Assembly: GCA_964057225.1 (NCBI GenBank)
Contig: OZ059896.1
Span: 23,250,001-23,314,000 of the forward strand
Source of the DNA: Auanema rhodensis
Taxonomy: Eukaryota; Animalia; Nematoda
DNA: 64,000 nt
Direction of reading: 5' to 3'
Of the stretch, positions 42,001-56,147 are shown piece after piece. A program made the translations under genes and the position numbers. A model generated the notes under the pieces. The model searched no databases. It saw only the letters and a program-made list of their open reading frames with translations, and had not been told where the DNA came from. Positions within the stretch are counted from its first letter, which is position 1; every line of letters starts with the position of its first letter.

Positions 42001-45000
42001 AGATTCCCCATGTCCATATTAGTCTAAAAACAAATTTTTATTAATATTGGTTCATGGTAACCATGTCTTTGAAATTTACGTGAACTTTAATTTATGCTAA
42101 TTAAATGTACACGTGATGTGCACTTGGTATGTAACTCGCTTCACGTGAAAGATAAAGAGATGCGGTTTTCAAAATTAGATTCCCCATGTCCATATTAGTC
42201 TAAAAACAAATTTTTATTAATATTGGTTCATGGTAACCATGTCTTTGAAATTTACGTGAACTTTAATTTATGCTAATTAAATGTACACGTGATGTGCACT
42301 TGGTATGTAACTCGCTTCACGTGAAAGATAAAGAGATGCGGTTTTCAAAATTAGATTCCCCATGTCCATATTAGTCTAAAAACAAATTTTTATTAATATT
42401 GGTTCATGGTAACCATGTCTTTGAAATTTACGTGACCTTTAATTTATGCTAATTAAATGTACACGTGATGTGCACTTGGTATGTAACTCGCTTCACGTGA
42501 AAGATAAAGAGATGCGGTTTTCAAAATTAGATTCCCCATGTCCATATTAGTCTAAAAACAAATTTTTATTAATATTGGTTCATGGTAACCATGACTTTGA
42601 AATTTACGTGAACTTTAATTTATGCTAATTAAATGTACACGTGATGTGCACTTGGTATGTAACTCGCTTCACGTGAAAGATAAAGAGATGCGGTTTTCAA
42701 AATTAGATTCCCCATGTCCATATTAGTCTAAAAACAAATTTTTATTAATATTGGTTCATGGTAACCATGTCTTTGAAATTTACGTGAACTTTAATTTATG
42801 CTAATTAAATGTACACGTGATGTGCACTTGGTATGTAACTCGCTTCACGTGAAAGATAAAGAGATGCGGTTTTCAAAATTAGATTCCCCATGTCCATATT
42901 AGTCTAAAAACAAATTTTTATTAATATTGGTTCATGGTAACCATGTCTTTGAAATTTACGTGAACTTTAATTTATGCTAATTAAATGTACACGTGATGTG
43001 CACTTGGTATGTAACTCGCTTCACGTGAAAGATAAAGAGATGCGGTTTTCAAAATTAGATTCCCCATGTCCATATTAGTCTAAAAACAAATTTTTATTAA
43101 TATTGGTTCATGGTAACCATGTCTTTGAAATTTACGTGACCTTTAATTTATGCTAATTAAATGTACACGTGATGTGCACTTGGTATGTAACTCGCTTCAC
43201 GTGAAAGATAAAGAGATGCGGTTTTCAAAATTAGATTCCCCATGTCCATATTAGTCTAAAAACAAATTTTTATTAATATTGGTTCATGGTAACCATGTCT
43301 TTGAAATTTACGTGAACTTTAATTTATGCTAATTAAATGTACACGTGATGTGCACTTGGTATGTAACTCGCTTCACGTGAAAGATAAAGAGATGCGGTTT
43401 TCAAAATTAGATTCCCCATGTCCATATTAGTCTAAAAACAAATTTTTATTGATATTGAGTTCATGGTAACCATGACTTTGAAATTTACGTGAACTTTAAT
43501 TTATGCTAATTAAATGTACACGTGATGTGCACTTGGTATGTAACTCGCTTTACGTGAAAGATAAAGAGATGCGGTTTTCAAAATTAGATTCCCCATTTCC
43601 ATATTAGTCTAAAAACAAATTTTTATTAATATTGGTTCATGGTAACCATGTCTTTGAAATTTACGTGAACTTTAATTTATGCTAATTAAATGTACACGTG
43701 ATGTGCACTTGGTATGTAACTCGCTTCACGTGAAAGATAAAGAGATGCGGTTTTCAAAATTAGATTCCCCATGTCCATATTAGTCTAAAAACAAATTTTT
43801 ATTGATATTGGTTCATGGTAACCATGTCTTTGAAATTTACGTAAACTTTAATTTATGCTAATTAAATGTACACGTGATGTGCACTTGGTATGTAACTCGC
43901 TTCACGTGAAAGATAAAGAGATGCGGTTTTCAAAATTAGATTCCCCATGTCCATTTTAGTCTAAAAACAAATTTTTATTGATATTGGTTCATGGTAACCA
44001 TGACTTTGAAATTTACGTGAACTTTAATTTATGCTAATTAAATGTACACGTGATGTGCACTTGGTATGTAACTCGCTTCACGCGAAAGATAAAGAGATGC
44101 GGTTTTCAAAATTAGATTCCCCATGTCCATATTAGTCTAAAAACAAATTTTTATTGATATTGGTTCATGGTAACCATGACTTTGAAATTTACGTGAACTT
44201 TAATTTATGCTAATTAAATGTACACGTGATGTGCACTTGGTATGTAACTCGCTTCACGTGAAAGATAAAGAGATGCGGTTTTCAAAATTAGATTCCCCAT
44301 GTCCATATTAGTCTAAAAACAAATTTTTATTGATATTGGTTCATGGTAACCATGACTTTGAAATTTACGTGAACTTTAATTTATGCTAATTAAATGTACA
44401 CGTGATGTGCACTTGGTATGTAACTCGCTTCACGTGAAAGATAAAGAGATGCGGTTTTCAAAATTAGATTCCCCATGTCCATATTAGTCTAAAAACAAAT
44501 TTTTATTAATATTGGTTCATGGTAACCATGACTTTGAAATTTACGTGAACTTTAATTTATGCTAATTAAATGTACACGTGATGTGCACTTGGTATGTAAC
44601 TCGCTTCACGTGAAAGATAAAGAGATGCGGTTTTCAAAATTAGATTCCCCATGTCCATATTAGTCTAAAAACAAATTTTTATTAATATTGGTTCATGGTA
44701 ACCATGTCTTTGAAATTTACGTGAACTTTAATTTATGCTAATTAAATGTACACGTGATGTGCACTTGGTATGTAACTCGCTTCACGTGAAAGATAAAGAG
44801 ATGCGGTTTTCAAAATTAGATTCCCCATGTCCATATTAGTCTAAAAACAAATTTTTATTAATATTGGTTCATGGTAACCATGTCTTTGAAATTTACGTGA
44901 ACTTTAATTTATGCTAATTAAATGTACACGTGATGTGCACTTGGTATGTAACTCGCTTCACGTGAAAGATAAAGAGATGCGGTTTTCAAAATTAGATTCC

Positions 45001-48000
45001 CCATGTCCATATTAGTCTAAAAACAAATTTTTATTAATATTGGTTCATGGTAACCATGTCTTTGAAATTTACGTGAACTTTAATTTATGCTAATTAAATG
45101 TACACGTGATGTGCACTTGGTATGTAACTCGCTTCACGTGAAAGATAAAGAGATGCGGTTTTCAAAATTAGATTCCCCATGTCCATATTAGTCTAAAAAC
45201 AAATTTTTATTAATATTGGTTCATGGTAACCATGACTTTGAAATTTACGTGAACTTTAATTTATGCTAATTAAATGTACACGTGATGTGCACTTGGTATG
45301 TAACTCGCTTCACGTGAAAGATAAAGAGATGCGGTTTTCAAAATTAGATTCCCCATGTCCATATTAGTCTAAAAACAAATTTTTATTAATATTGGTTCAT
45401 GGTAACCATGTCTTTGAAATTTACGTGAACTTTAATTTATGCTAATTAAATGTACACGTGATGTGCACTTGGTATGTAACTCGCTTCACGTGAAAGATAA
45501 AGAGATGCGGTTTTCAAAATTAGATTCCCCATGTCCATATTAGTCTAAAAACAAATTTTTATTAATATTGGTTCATGGTAACCATGTCTTTGAAATTTAC
45601 GTGAACTTTAATTTATGCTAATTAAATGTACACGTGATGTGCACTTGGTATGTAACTCGCTTCACGTGAAAGATAAAGAGATGCGGTTTTCAAAATTAGA
45701 TTCCCCATGTCCATATTAGTCTAAAAACAAATTTTTATTGATATTGGTTCATGGTAACCATGACTTTGAAATTTACGTGAACTTTAATTTATGCTAATTA
45801 AATGTACACGTGATGTGCACTTGGTATGTAACTCGCTTCACGTGAAAGATAAAGAGATGCGGTTTTCAAAATTAGATTCCCCATGTCCATATTAGTCTAA
45901 AAACAAATTTTTATTGATATTGGTTCATGGTAACCATGACTTTGAAATTTACGTGAACTTTAATTTATGCTAATTAAATGTACACGTGATGTGCACTTGG
46001 TATGTAACTCGCTTCACGTGAAAGATAAAGAGATGCGGTTTTCAAAATTAGATTCCCCATGTCCATATTAGTCTAAAAACAAATTTTTATTGATATTGGT
46101 TCATGGTAACCATGACTTTGAAATTTACGTGAACTTTAATTTATGCTAATTAAATGTACACGTGATGTGCACTTGGTATGTAACTCGCTTCACGTGAAAG
46201 ATAAAGAGATGCGGTTTTCAAAATTAGATTCCCCATGTCCATATTAGTCTAAAAACAAATTTTTATTAATATTGGTTCATGGTAACCATGTCTTTGAAAT
46301 TTACGTGAACTTTAATTTATGCTAATTAAATGTACACGTGATGTGCACTTGGTATGTAACTCGCTTCACGTGAAAGATAAAGAGATGCGGTTTTCAAAAT
46401 TAGATTCCCCATGTCCATATTAGTCTAAAAACAAATTTTTATTAATATTGGTTCATGGTAACCATGTCTTTGAAATTTACGTGAACTTTAATTTATGCTA
46501 ATTAAATGTACACGTGATGTGCACTTGGTATGTAACTCGCTTCACGTGAAAGATAAAGAGATGCGGTTTTCAAAATTAGATTCCCCATGTCCATATTAGT
46601 CTAAAAACAAATTTTTATTAATATTGGTTCATGGTAACCATGTCTTTGAAATTTACGTGACCTTTAATTTATGCTAATTAAATGTACACGTGATGTGCAC
46701 TTGGTATGTAACTCGCTTCACGTGAAAGATAAAGAGATGCGGTTTTCAAAATTAGATTCCCCATGTCCATATTAGTCTAAAAACAAATTTTTATTAATAT
46801 TGGTTCATGGTAACCATGACTTTGAAATTTACGTGAACTTTAATTTATGCTAATTAAATGTACACGTGATGTGCACTTGGTATGTAACTCGCTTCACGTG
46901 AAAGATAAAGAGATGCGGTTTTCAAAATTAGATTCCCCATGTCCATATTAGTCTAAAAACAAATTTTTATTAATATTGGTTCATGGTAACCATGTCTTTG
47001 AAATTTACGTGAACTTTAATTTATGCTAATTAAATGTACACGTGATGTGCACTTGGTATGTAACTCGCTTCACGTGAAAGATAAAGAGATGCGGTTTTCA
47101 AAATTAGATTCCCCATGTCCATATTAGTCTAAAAACAAATTTTTATTAATATTGGTTCATGGTAACCATGTCTTTGAAATTTACGTGAACTTTAATTTAT
47201 GCTAATTAAATGTACACGTGATGTGCACTTGGTATGTAACTCGCTTCACGTGAAAGATAAAGAGATGCGGTTTTCAAAATTAGATTCCCCATGTCCATAT
47301 TAGTCTAAAAACAAATTTTTATTAATATTGGTTCATGGTAACCATGTCTTTGAAATTTACGTGACCTTTAATTTATGCTAATTAAATGTACACGTGATGT
47401 GCACTTGGTATGTAACTCGCTTCACGTGAAAGATAAAGAGATGCGGTTTTCAAAATTAGATTCCCCATGTCCATATTAGTCTAAAAACAAATTTTTATTA
47501 ATATTGGTTCATGGTAACCATGTCTTTGAAATTTACGTGAACTTTAATTTATGCTAATTAAATGTACACGTGATGTGCTCTTGGTATGTAACTCGCTTCA
47601 CGTGAAAGATAAAGAGATGCGGTTTTCAAAATTAGATTCCCCATGTCCATATTAGTCTAAAAACAAATTTTTATTAATATTGGTTCATGGTAACCATGAC
47701 TTTGAAATTTACGTGAACTTTAATTTATGCTAATTAAATGTACACGTGATGTGCACTTGGTATGTAACTCGCTTCACGTGAAAGATAAAGAGATGCGGTT
47801 TTCAAAATTAGATTCCCCATTTCCATATTAGTCTAAAAACAAATTTTTATTAATATTGGTTCATGGTAACCATGTCTTTGAAATTTACGTGAACTTTAAT
47901 TTATGCTAATTAAATGTACACGTGATGTGCACTTGGTATGTAACTCGCTTCACGTGAAAGATAAAGAGATGCGGTTTTCAAAATTAGATTCCCCATTTCC

Positions 48001-48403
48001 ATATTAGTCTAAAAACAAATTTTTATTAATATTGGTTCATGGTAACCATGTCTTTGAAATTTACGTGAACTTTAATTTATGCTAATTAAATGTACACGTG
48101 ATGTGCACTTGGTATGTAACTCGCTTCACGTGAAAGATAAAGAGATGCGGTTTTCAAAATTAGATTCCCCATGTCCATATTAGTCTAAAAACAAATTTTT
48201 ATTGATATTGGTTCATGGTAACCATGTCTTTGAAATTTACGTAAACTTTAATTTATGCTAATTAAATGTACACGTGATGTGCACTTGGTATGTAACTCGC
48301 TTCACGTGAAAGATAAAGAGATGCGGTTTTCAAAATTAGATTTCCCATGTCCATTTTAGTCTAAAAACAAATTTTTATTGATATTGGTTCATGGTAACCA
48401 TGA
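33089..48403. repeat. Satellite domain C: most homogeneous part, variable-length HOR tagged by a 177-bp monomer
   Basis: A single-A insertion (ATTGAGTTCAT) occurs at 34304, 39585 and 43458. Each is followed by G122T, G153/T176 and G16A+A128T monomers. Most other monomers differ only at positions 153 and 176. Confidence 0.88.
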
Positions 48404-51400
48404 CTTTGAAATTTACGTGAACTTTAATTTATGCTAATTAAATGTACACGTGATGTGCACTTGGTATGTAACTCGCTTCACGTGAAAGATAAAGAGATGC
48501 GGTTTTCAAAATTAGATTCCCCATTTCCATATTAGTCTAAAAACAAATTTTTATTAATATTGGTTCATGGTAACCATGTCTTTGAAATTTACGTGAACTT
48601 TAATTTATGCTAATTAAATGTACACGTGATGTTCACTTGGTATGTAACTCGCTTCACGTGAAAGATAAAGAGATGCGGTTTTCAAAATTAGATTCCCCAT
48701 GTCCATATTAGTCTAAAAACAAATATTTATTGATATTGATTCATGGTAACCATGATTTTGAAATTTACGTGAACTTTAATTTATGCTAATTAAATGTACA
48801 CGTGATGTGCATTTGGTATGTAACTCGCTTCACGTGAAAGATAAAGAAATGCGGTTTTCAAAATTAGATTCCCCATGTCCATTTTAGTCTAAAAACAAAT
48901 TTTTATTGATATTGGTTCATGGTAACCATGACTTTGAAATTTACGTGAACTTTAATTTATGCTAATTAAATGTACACGTGATGTGCACTTGGTATGTAAC
49001 TCGCTTCACGTGAAAGATAAAGAGATGCGGTTTTCAAAATTAGATTCCCCATGTCCATATTAGTCTAAAAACAAATTTTTATCAATATTGGTTCATGGTA
49101 ACCATGTCTTTGAAATTTACGTGAACTTTAATTTATGCTAATTAAATGTACACGTGATGTGCTCTTGGTATGTAACTCGCTTCACGTGAAAGATAAAGAG
49201 ATGCGGTTTTCAAAATTAGATTCCCCATGTCCATATTAGTCTAAAAACAAATTTTTATTGATATTGGTTCATGGTAACCATGACTTTGAAATTTACGTGA
49301 ACTTTAATTTATGCTAATTAAATGTACACGTGATGTGCACTTGGTATGTAACTCGCTTCACGTGAAAGAAAAAGAGATGCGGTTTTCGAAATTAGATTCC
49401 CCATGTCCATATTAGTCTAAAAACAAATTTTTATTAATATTGGTTCATGGTAACCATGTCTTTGAAATTTACGTGAACTTTAATTTATGCTAATTAAATG
49501 TACACGTGATGTGCACTTGGTATGTAACTCGCTTCACGTGAAAGATAAAGAGATGCGGTTTTCAAAATTAGATTCCCCATGTCCATATTAGTCTAAAAAC
49601 AAATTTTTATTGATATTGGTTCATGGTAACCATGACTTTGAAATTTACGTGAACTTTAATTTATGCTAATTAAATGTACACGTGATGTGCACTTGGTATG
49701 TAACTCGCTTCACGTGAAAGATAAAGAGATGCGGTTTTCAAAATTAGATTCCCCATTTCCATATTAGTCTAAAAACAAATTTTTATTAATATTGGTTCAT
49801 GGTAACCATGTCTTTGAAATTTACGTGAACTTTAATTTATGCTAATTAAATGTACACGTGATGTTCACTTGGTATGTAACTCGCTTCACGTGAAAGATAA
49901 AGAGATGCGGTTTTCAAAATTAGATTCCCCATGTCCATATTAGTCTAAAAACAAATATTTATTGATATTGGTTCATGGTAACCATGATTTTGAAATTTAC
50001 GTGAACTTTAATTTATGCTAATTAAATGTACACGTGATGTGCATTTGGTATGTAACTCGCTTCACGTGAAAGATAAAGAAATGCGGTTTTCAAAATTAGA
50101 TTCCCCATGTCCATTTTAGTCTAAAAACAAATTTTTATTGATATTGGTTCATGGTAACCATGACTTTGAAATTTACGTGAACTTTAATTTATGCTAATTA
50201 AATGTACACGTGATGTGCACTTGGTATGTAACTCGCTTCACGTGAAAGATAAAGAGATGCGGTTTTCAAAATTAGATTCCCCATGTCCATATTAGTCTAA
50301 AAACAAATTTTTATCAATATTGGTTCATGGTAACCATGACTTTGAAATTTACGTGAACTTTAATTTATGCTAATTAAATGTACACGTGATGTGCACTTGG
50401 TATGTAACTCGCTTCACGTGAAAGAAAAAGAGATGCGGTTTTCGAAATTAGATTCCCCATGTCCATATTAGTCTAAAAACAAATTTTTATTAATATTGGT
50501 TCATGGTAACCATGTCTTTGAAATTTACGTGAACTTTAATTTATGCTAATTAAATGTACACGTGATGTGCACTTGGTATGTAACTCGCTTCACGTGAAAG
50601 ATAAAGAGATGCGGTTTTCAAAATTAGATTCCCCATGTCCATATTAGTCTAAAAACAAATTTTTATTGATATTGGTTCATGGTAACCATGACTTTGAAAT
50701 TTACGTGAACTTTAATTTATGCTAATTAAATGTACACGTGATGTGCACTTGGTATGTAACTCGCTTCACGTAAAAGATAAAGAGATGCGGTTTTCAAAAT
50801 TAGATTCCCCATGTCCATATTAGTCTAAAAACAAATTTTTATTAATATTGGTTCATGGTAACCATGTCTTTGAAATTTACGTGAACTTTAATTTATGCTA
50901 ATTAAATGTACACGGGATGTGCACTTGGTATGTAACTCGCTTCACGTGAAAGATAAAGAGATGCGGTTTTCAAAATTAGATTCCCCATGTCCATATTAGT
51001 CTAAAAACAAATTTTTATTAATATTGGTTCATGGTAACCATGTCTTTGAAATTTACGTGAACTTTAATTTATGCTAATTAAATGTACACGTGATGTGCAC
51101 TTGGTATGTAACTCGCTTCACGTGAAAGATAAAGAGATGCGGTTTTCAAAATTAGATTCCCCATGTCCATATTAGTCTAAAAACAAATTTTTATTAATAT
51201 TGGTTCATGGTAACCATGACTTTGAAATTTACGTGAACTTTAATTTATGCTAATTAAATGTACACGTGATGTGCACTTGGTATGTAACTCGCTTCACGTG
51301 AAAGATAAAGAGATGCGGTTTTCAAAATTAAATTCCCCATGTCCATATTAGTCTAAAAACAAATTTTTATTAATATTGGTTCATGGTAACCATGTCTTTG

Positions 51401-54400
51401 AAATTTACGTGAACTTTAATTTATGCTAATTAAATGTACACGTGATGTGCACTTGGTATGTAACTCGCTTCACGTAAAAGATAAAAAGATGCGGTTTTCA
51501 AAATTAGATTCCCCATGTCCATAGTAGTCTAAAAACAAATTTTTATTGATATTGGTTCATGGTAACCATGATTTTGAAATTTACGTGAACTTTAATTTAT
51601 GCTAATTAAATGTACACGTGATGTGCACTTGATATGTAACTCGCTTCACGTGAAAGATAAAGAAATGCGGTTTTCAAAATTAGATTCCCCATGTCCATTT
51701 TAGTCTAAAAACAAATTTTTATTGATATTGGTTCATGGTAACCATGACTTTGAAATTTACGTGAACTTTAATTTATGCTAATTAAATGTACACGTGATGT
51801 GCACTTGGTATGTAACTCGCTTCACGTGAAAGATAAAGAGATGCGGTTTTCAAAATTAGATTCCCCATGTCCATATTAGTCTAAAAACAAATTTTTATTA
51901 ATATTGGTTCATGGTAACCATGTCTTTGAAATTTACGTGAACTTTAATTTATGCTAATTAAATGTACACGTGATGTTCACTTGGTATGTAACTCGCTTCA
52001 CGTGAAAGATAAAGAGATGCGGTTTTCAAAATTAGATTCCCCATGTCCATATTAGTCTAAAAACAAATTTTTATTCATATTGGTTCATGGTAACCATGAC
52101 TTTGAAATTTACGTGAACTTTAATTTATGCTAATTAAATGTACACGTGATGTGCACTTGGTATGTAACTCGCTTCACGTGAAAGATAAAGAGATGCGGTT
52201 TTCAAAATTAGATTCCCCATGTCCATATTAGTCTAAAAACAAATTTTTATTGATATTGCTTCATGGTAACCATGACTTTGAAATTTGCGTGAACTTTAAT
52301 CTATGCTAATTAAATGTACACGTGATGTGCACTTGGTATGTAACTCGCTTCACGTAAAAGATAAAGAGATGCGGTTTTCAAAATTAGATTCCCCATGTCC
52401 ATATTAGTCTAAAAACAAATTTTTATTGATATTGGTTCATGGTAACCATGACTTTGAAATTTACGTGAACTTTAATTTATGCTAATTAAATGTACACGTG
52501 ATGTGCACTTGGTATGTAACTCGCTTCACGTAAAAGATAAAGAGATGCGGTTTTCAAAATTAGATTCCCCATGTCCATATTAGTCTAAAAACAAATTTTT
52601 ATTAATATTGGTTAATGGTAACCATGTCTTTGAAATTTACGTGAACTTTAATTTATGCTAATTAAATGTACACGTGATGTTCACTTGGTATGTAACTCGC
52701 TTCACGTGAAAGATAAAGAGATGCGGTTTTCAAAATTAGATTCCCCATGTCCATATTAGTCTAAAAACAAATTTTTATTAATATTGGTTCATGGTAACCA
52801 TGTCTTTGAAATTTACGTGAACTTTAATTTATGCTAATTAAATGTACACGGGATGTGCACTTGGTATGTAACTCGCTTCACGTGAAAGATAAAGAGATGC
52901 GGTTTTCAAAATTAGATTCCCCATGTCCATATTAGTCTAAAAACAAATTTTTATTGATATTGGTTCATGGTAACCATGACTTTGAAATTTACGTGAACTT
53001 TAATTTATGCTAATTAAATGTACACGTGATGTGCACTTGGTATGTAACTCGCTTCACGTGAAAGATAAAGAGATGCGGTTTTCAAAATTAGATTCCCCAT
53101 GTCCATATTAGTCTAAAAACAAATTTTTATTGATATTGGTTCATGGTAACCATGACTTTGAAATTTACGTGAACTTTAATTTATGCTAATTAAATGTACA
53201 CGTGATGTGCACTTGGTATGTAACTCGCTTCACGTGAAAGATAAAGAGATGCGGTTTTCAAAATTAGATTCCCCATGTCCATATTAGTCTAAAAACAAAT
53301 TTTTATTGATATTGCTTCATGGTAACCATGACTTTGAAATTTGCGTGAACTTTAATCTATGCTAATTAAATGTACACGTGATGTGCACTTGGTATGTAAC
53401 TCGCTTCACGTAAAAGATAAAGAGATGCGGTTTTCAAAATTAGATTCCCCATGTCCATATTAGTCTAAAAACAAATTTTTATTGATATTGGTTCATGGTA
53501 ACCATGACTTTGAAATTTACGTGAACTTTAATTTATGCTAATTAAATGTACACGTGATGTGCACTTGGTATGTAACTCGCTTCACGTAAAAGATAAAGAG
53601 ATGCGGTTTTCAAAATTAGATTCCCCATGTCCATATTAGTCTAAAAACAAATTTTTATTAATATTGGTTAATGGTAACCATGTCTTTGAAATTTACGTGA
53701 ACTTTAATTTATGCTAATTAAATGTACACGTGATGTTCACTTGGTATGTAACTCGCTTCACGTGAAAGATAAAGAGATGCGGTTTTCTAAATTAGATTCC
53801 CCATGTCCATATTAGTCTAAAAACAAATTTTTATTAATATTGGTTCATGGTAACCATGTCTTTGAAATTTACGTGAACTTTAATTTATGCTAATTAAATG
53901 TACACGGGATGTGCACTTGGTATGTAACTCGCTTCACGTGAAAGATAAAGAGATGCGGTTTTCAAAATTAGATTCCCCATGTCCATATTAGTCTAAAAAC
54001 AAATTTTTATTAATATTGGTTCATGGTAACCATGTCTTTGAAATTTACGTGAACTTTAATTTATGCTAATTAAATGAACACGTGATGTGCACTTGGTATG
54101 TAACTCGCTTCACGTAAAAGATAAAAAGATGCGGTTTTCAAAATTAGATTCCCCATGTCCATATTAGTCTAAAAACAAATTTTTATTGATATTGGTTCAT
54201 GGTAACCATGATTTTGAAATTTACGTGAACTTTAATTTATGCTAATTAAATGTACACGTGATGTGCACTTGATGTGTAACTCGCTTCACGTGAAAGATAA
54301 AGAAATGCGGTTTTCAAAATTAGATTCCCCATGTCCATTTTAGTCTAAAAACAAATTTTTATTGATATTGGTTCATGGTAACCATGACTTTGAAATTTAC

Positions 54401-56147
54401 GTGAACTTTAATTTATGCTAATTAAATGTACACGTGATGTGCACTTGGTATGTAACTCGCTTCACGTGAAAGATAAAGAGATGCGGTTTTCAAAATTAGA
54501 TTCCCCATGTCCATATTAGTCTAAAAACAAATTTTTATGAATATTGGTTCATGGTAACCATGTCTTTGAAATTTACGTGAACTTTAATTTATGCTAATTA
54601 AATGTACACGTGATGTTCACTTGGTATGTAACTCGCTTCACGTGAAAGATAAAGAGATGCGGTTTTCAAAATTAGATTCCCCATGTCCATATTAGTCTAA
54701 AAACAAATTTTTATTTATATTGGTTCATGGTAACCATGATTTTGAAATTTACGTGAACTTTAATTTATGCTAATTAAATGTACACGTGATGTGCATTTGG
54801 TATGTAACTCGCTTCACGTGAAAGATAAAGAAATGCGGTTTTCAAAATTAGATTCCCCATGTCCATTTTAGTCTAAAAACAAATTTTTATTGATATTGGT
54901 TCATGGTAACCATGACTTTGAAATTTACGTGAACTTTAATTTATGCTAATTAAATGTACACGTGATGTGCACTTGGTATGTAATTCGCTTCACGTGAAAG
55001 ATAAAGAGATGCGGTTTTCAAAATTAGATTCCCCATGTCCATATTAGTCTAAAAACAAATTTTTATTAATATTGGTTCATGGTAACCATGTCTTTGAAAT
55101 TTACGTGAACTTTAATTTATGCTAATTAAATGTACACGTGATGTGCTCTTGGTATGTAACTCGCTTCACGTGAAAGATAAAGAGATGCGGTTTTCAAAAT
55201 TAGATTCCCCATGTCCATATTAGTCTAAAAACAAATTTTTATTGATATTGGTTCATGGTAACCATGACTTTGAAATTTACGTGAACTTTAATTTATGCTA
55301 ATTAAATGTACACGTGATGTGCACTTGGTATGTAACTCGCTTCACGTGAAAGAAAAAGAGATGCGGTTTTCGAAATTAGATTCCCCATGTCCATATTAGT
55401 CTAAAAACAAATTTTTATTAATATTGGTTCATGGTAACCATGTCTTTGAAATTTACGTGAACTTTAATTTATGCTAATTAAATGTACACGTGATGTGCAC
55501 TTGGTATGTAACTCGCTTCACGTGAAAGATAAAGAGATGCGGTTTTCAAAATTAGATTCCCCATGTCCATATTAGTCTAAAAACAAATTTTTATTAATAT
55601 TGGTTCATGGTAACCATGTCTTTGAAATTTACGTGAACTTTAATTTATGCTAATTAAATGTACACGGGATGTGCACTTGGTATGTAACTCGCTTCACGTG
55701 AAAGATAAAGAGATGCGGTTTTCAAAATTAGATTTCCCATGTCCATATTAGTCTAAAAACAAATTTTTATTAATATTGGTTCATGGTAACCATGACTTTG
55801 AAATTTACGTGAACTTTAATTTATGCTAATTAAATGTACACGTGATGTGCACTTGGTATGTAACTCGCTTCACGTGAAAGATAAAGAGATGCGGTTTTCA
55901 AAATTAGATTCCCCATGTCCATATTAGTCTAAAAACAAATTTTTATTGATATTGGTTCATGGTAACCATGATTTTGAAATTTACGTGAACTTTAATTTAT
56001 GCTAATTAAATGTACACGTGATGTGCACTTGATATGTAACTCGCTTCACGTGAAAGATAAAGAAATGCGGTTTTCAAAATTAGATTCCCCATGTCCATTT
56101 TAGTCTAAAAACAAATTTTTATTGATATTGGTTCATGGTAACCATGA
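48404..56147. repeat. Satellite domain D: more variant-rich, with 6-7-mer local duplications
   Basis: Markers T87A+A105G (M281/287/315), G81A, T48G, G61A, T146A, A12G+T25C. M276-281 resemble M283-287, and M297-301 resemble M303-307. Confidence 0.78.
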
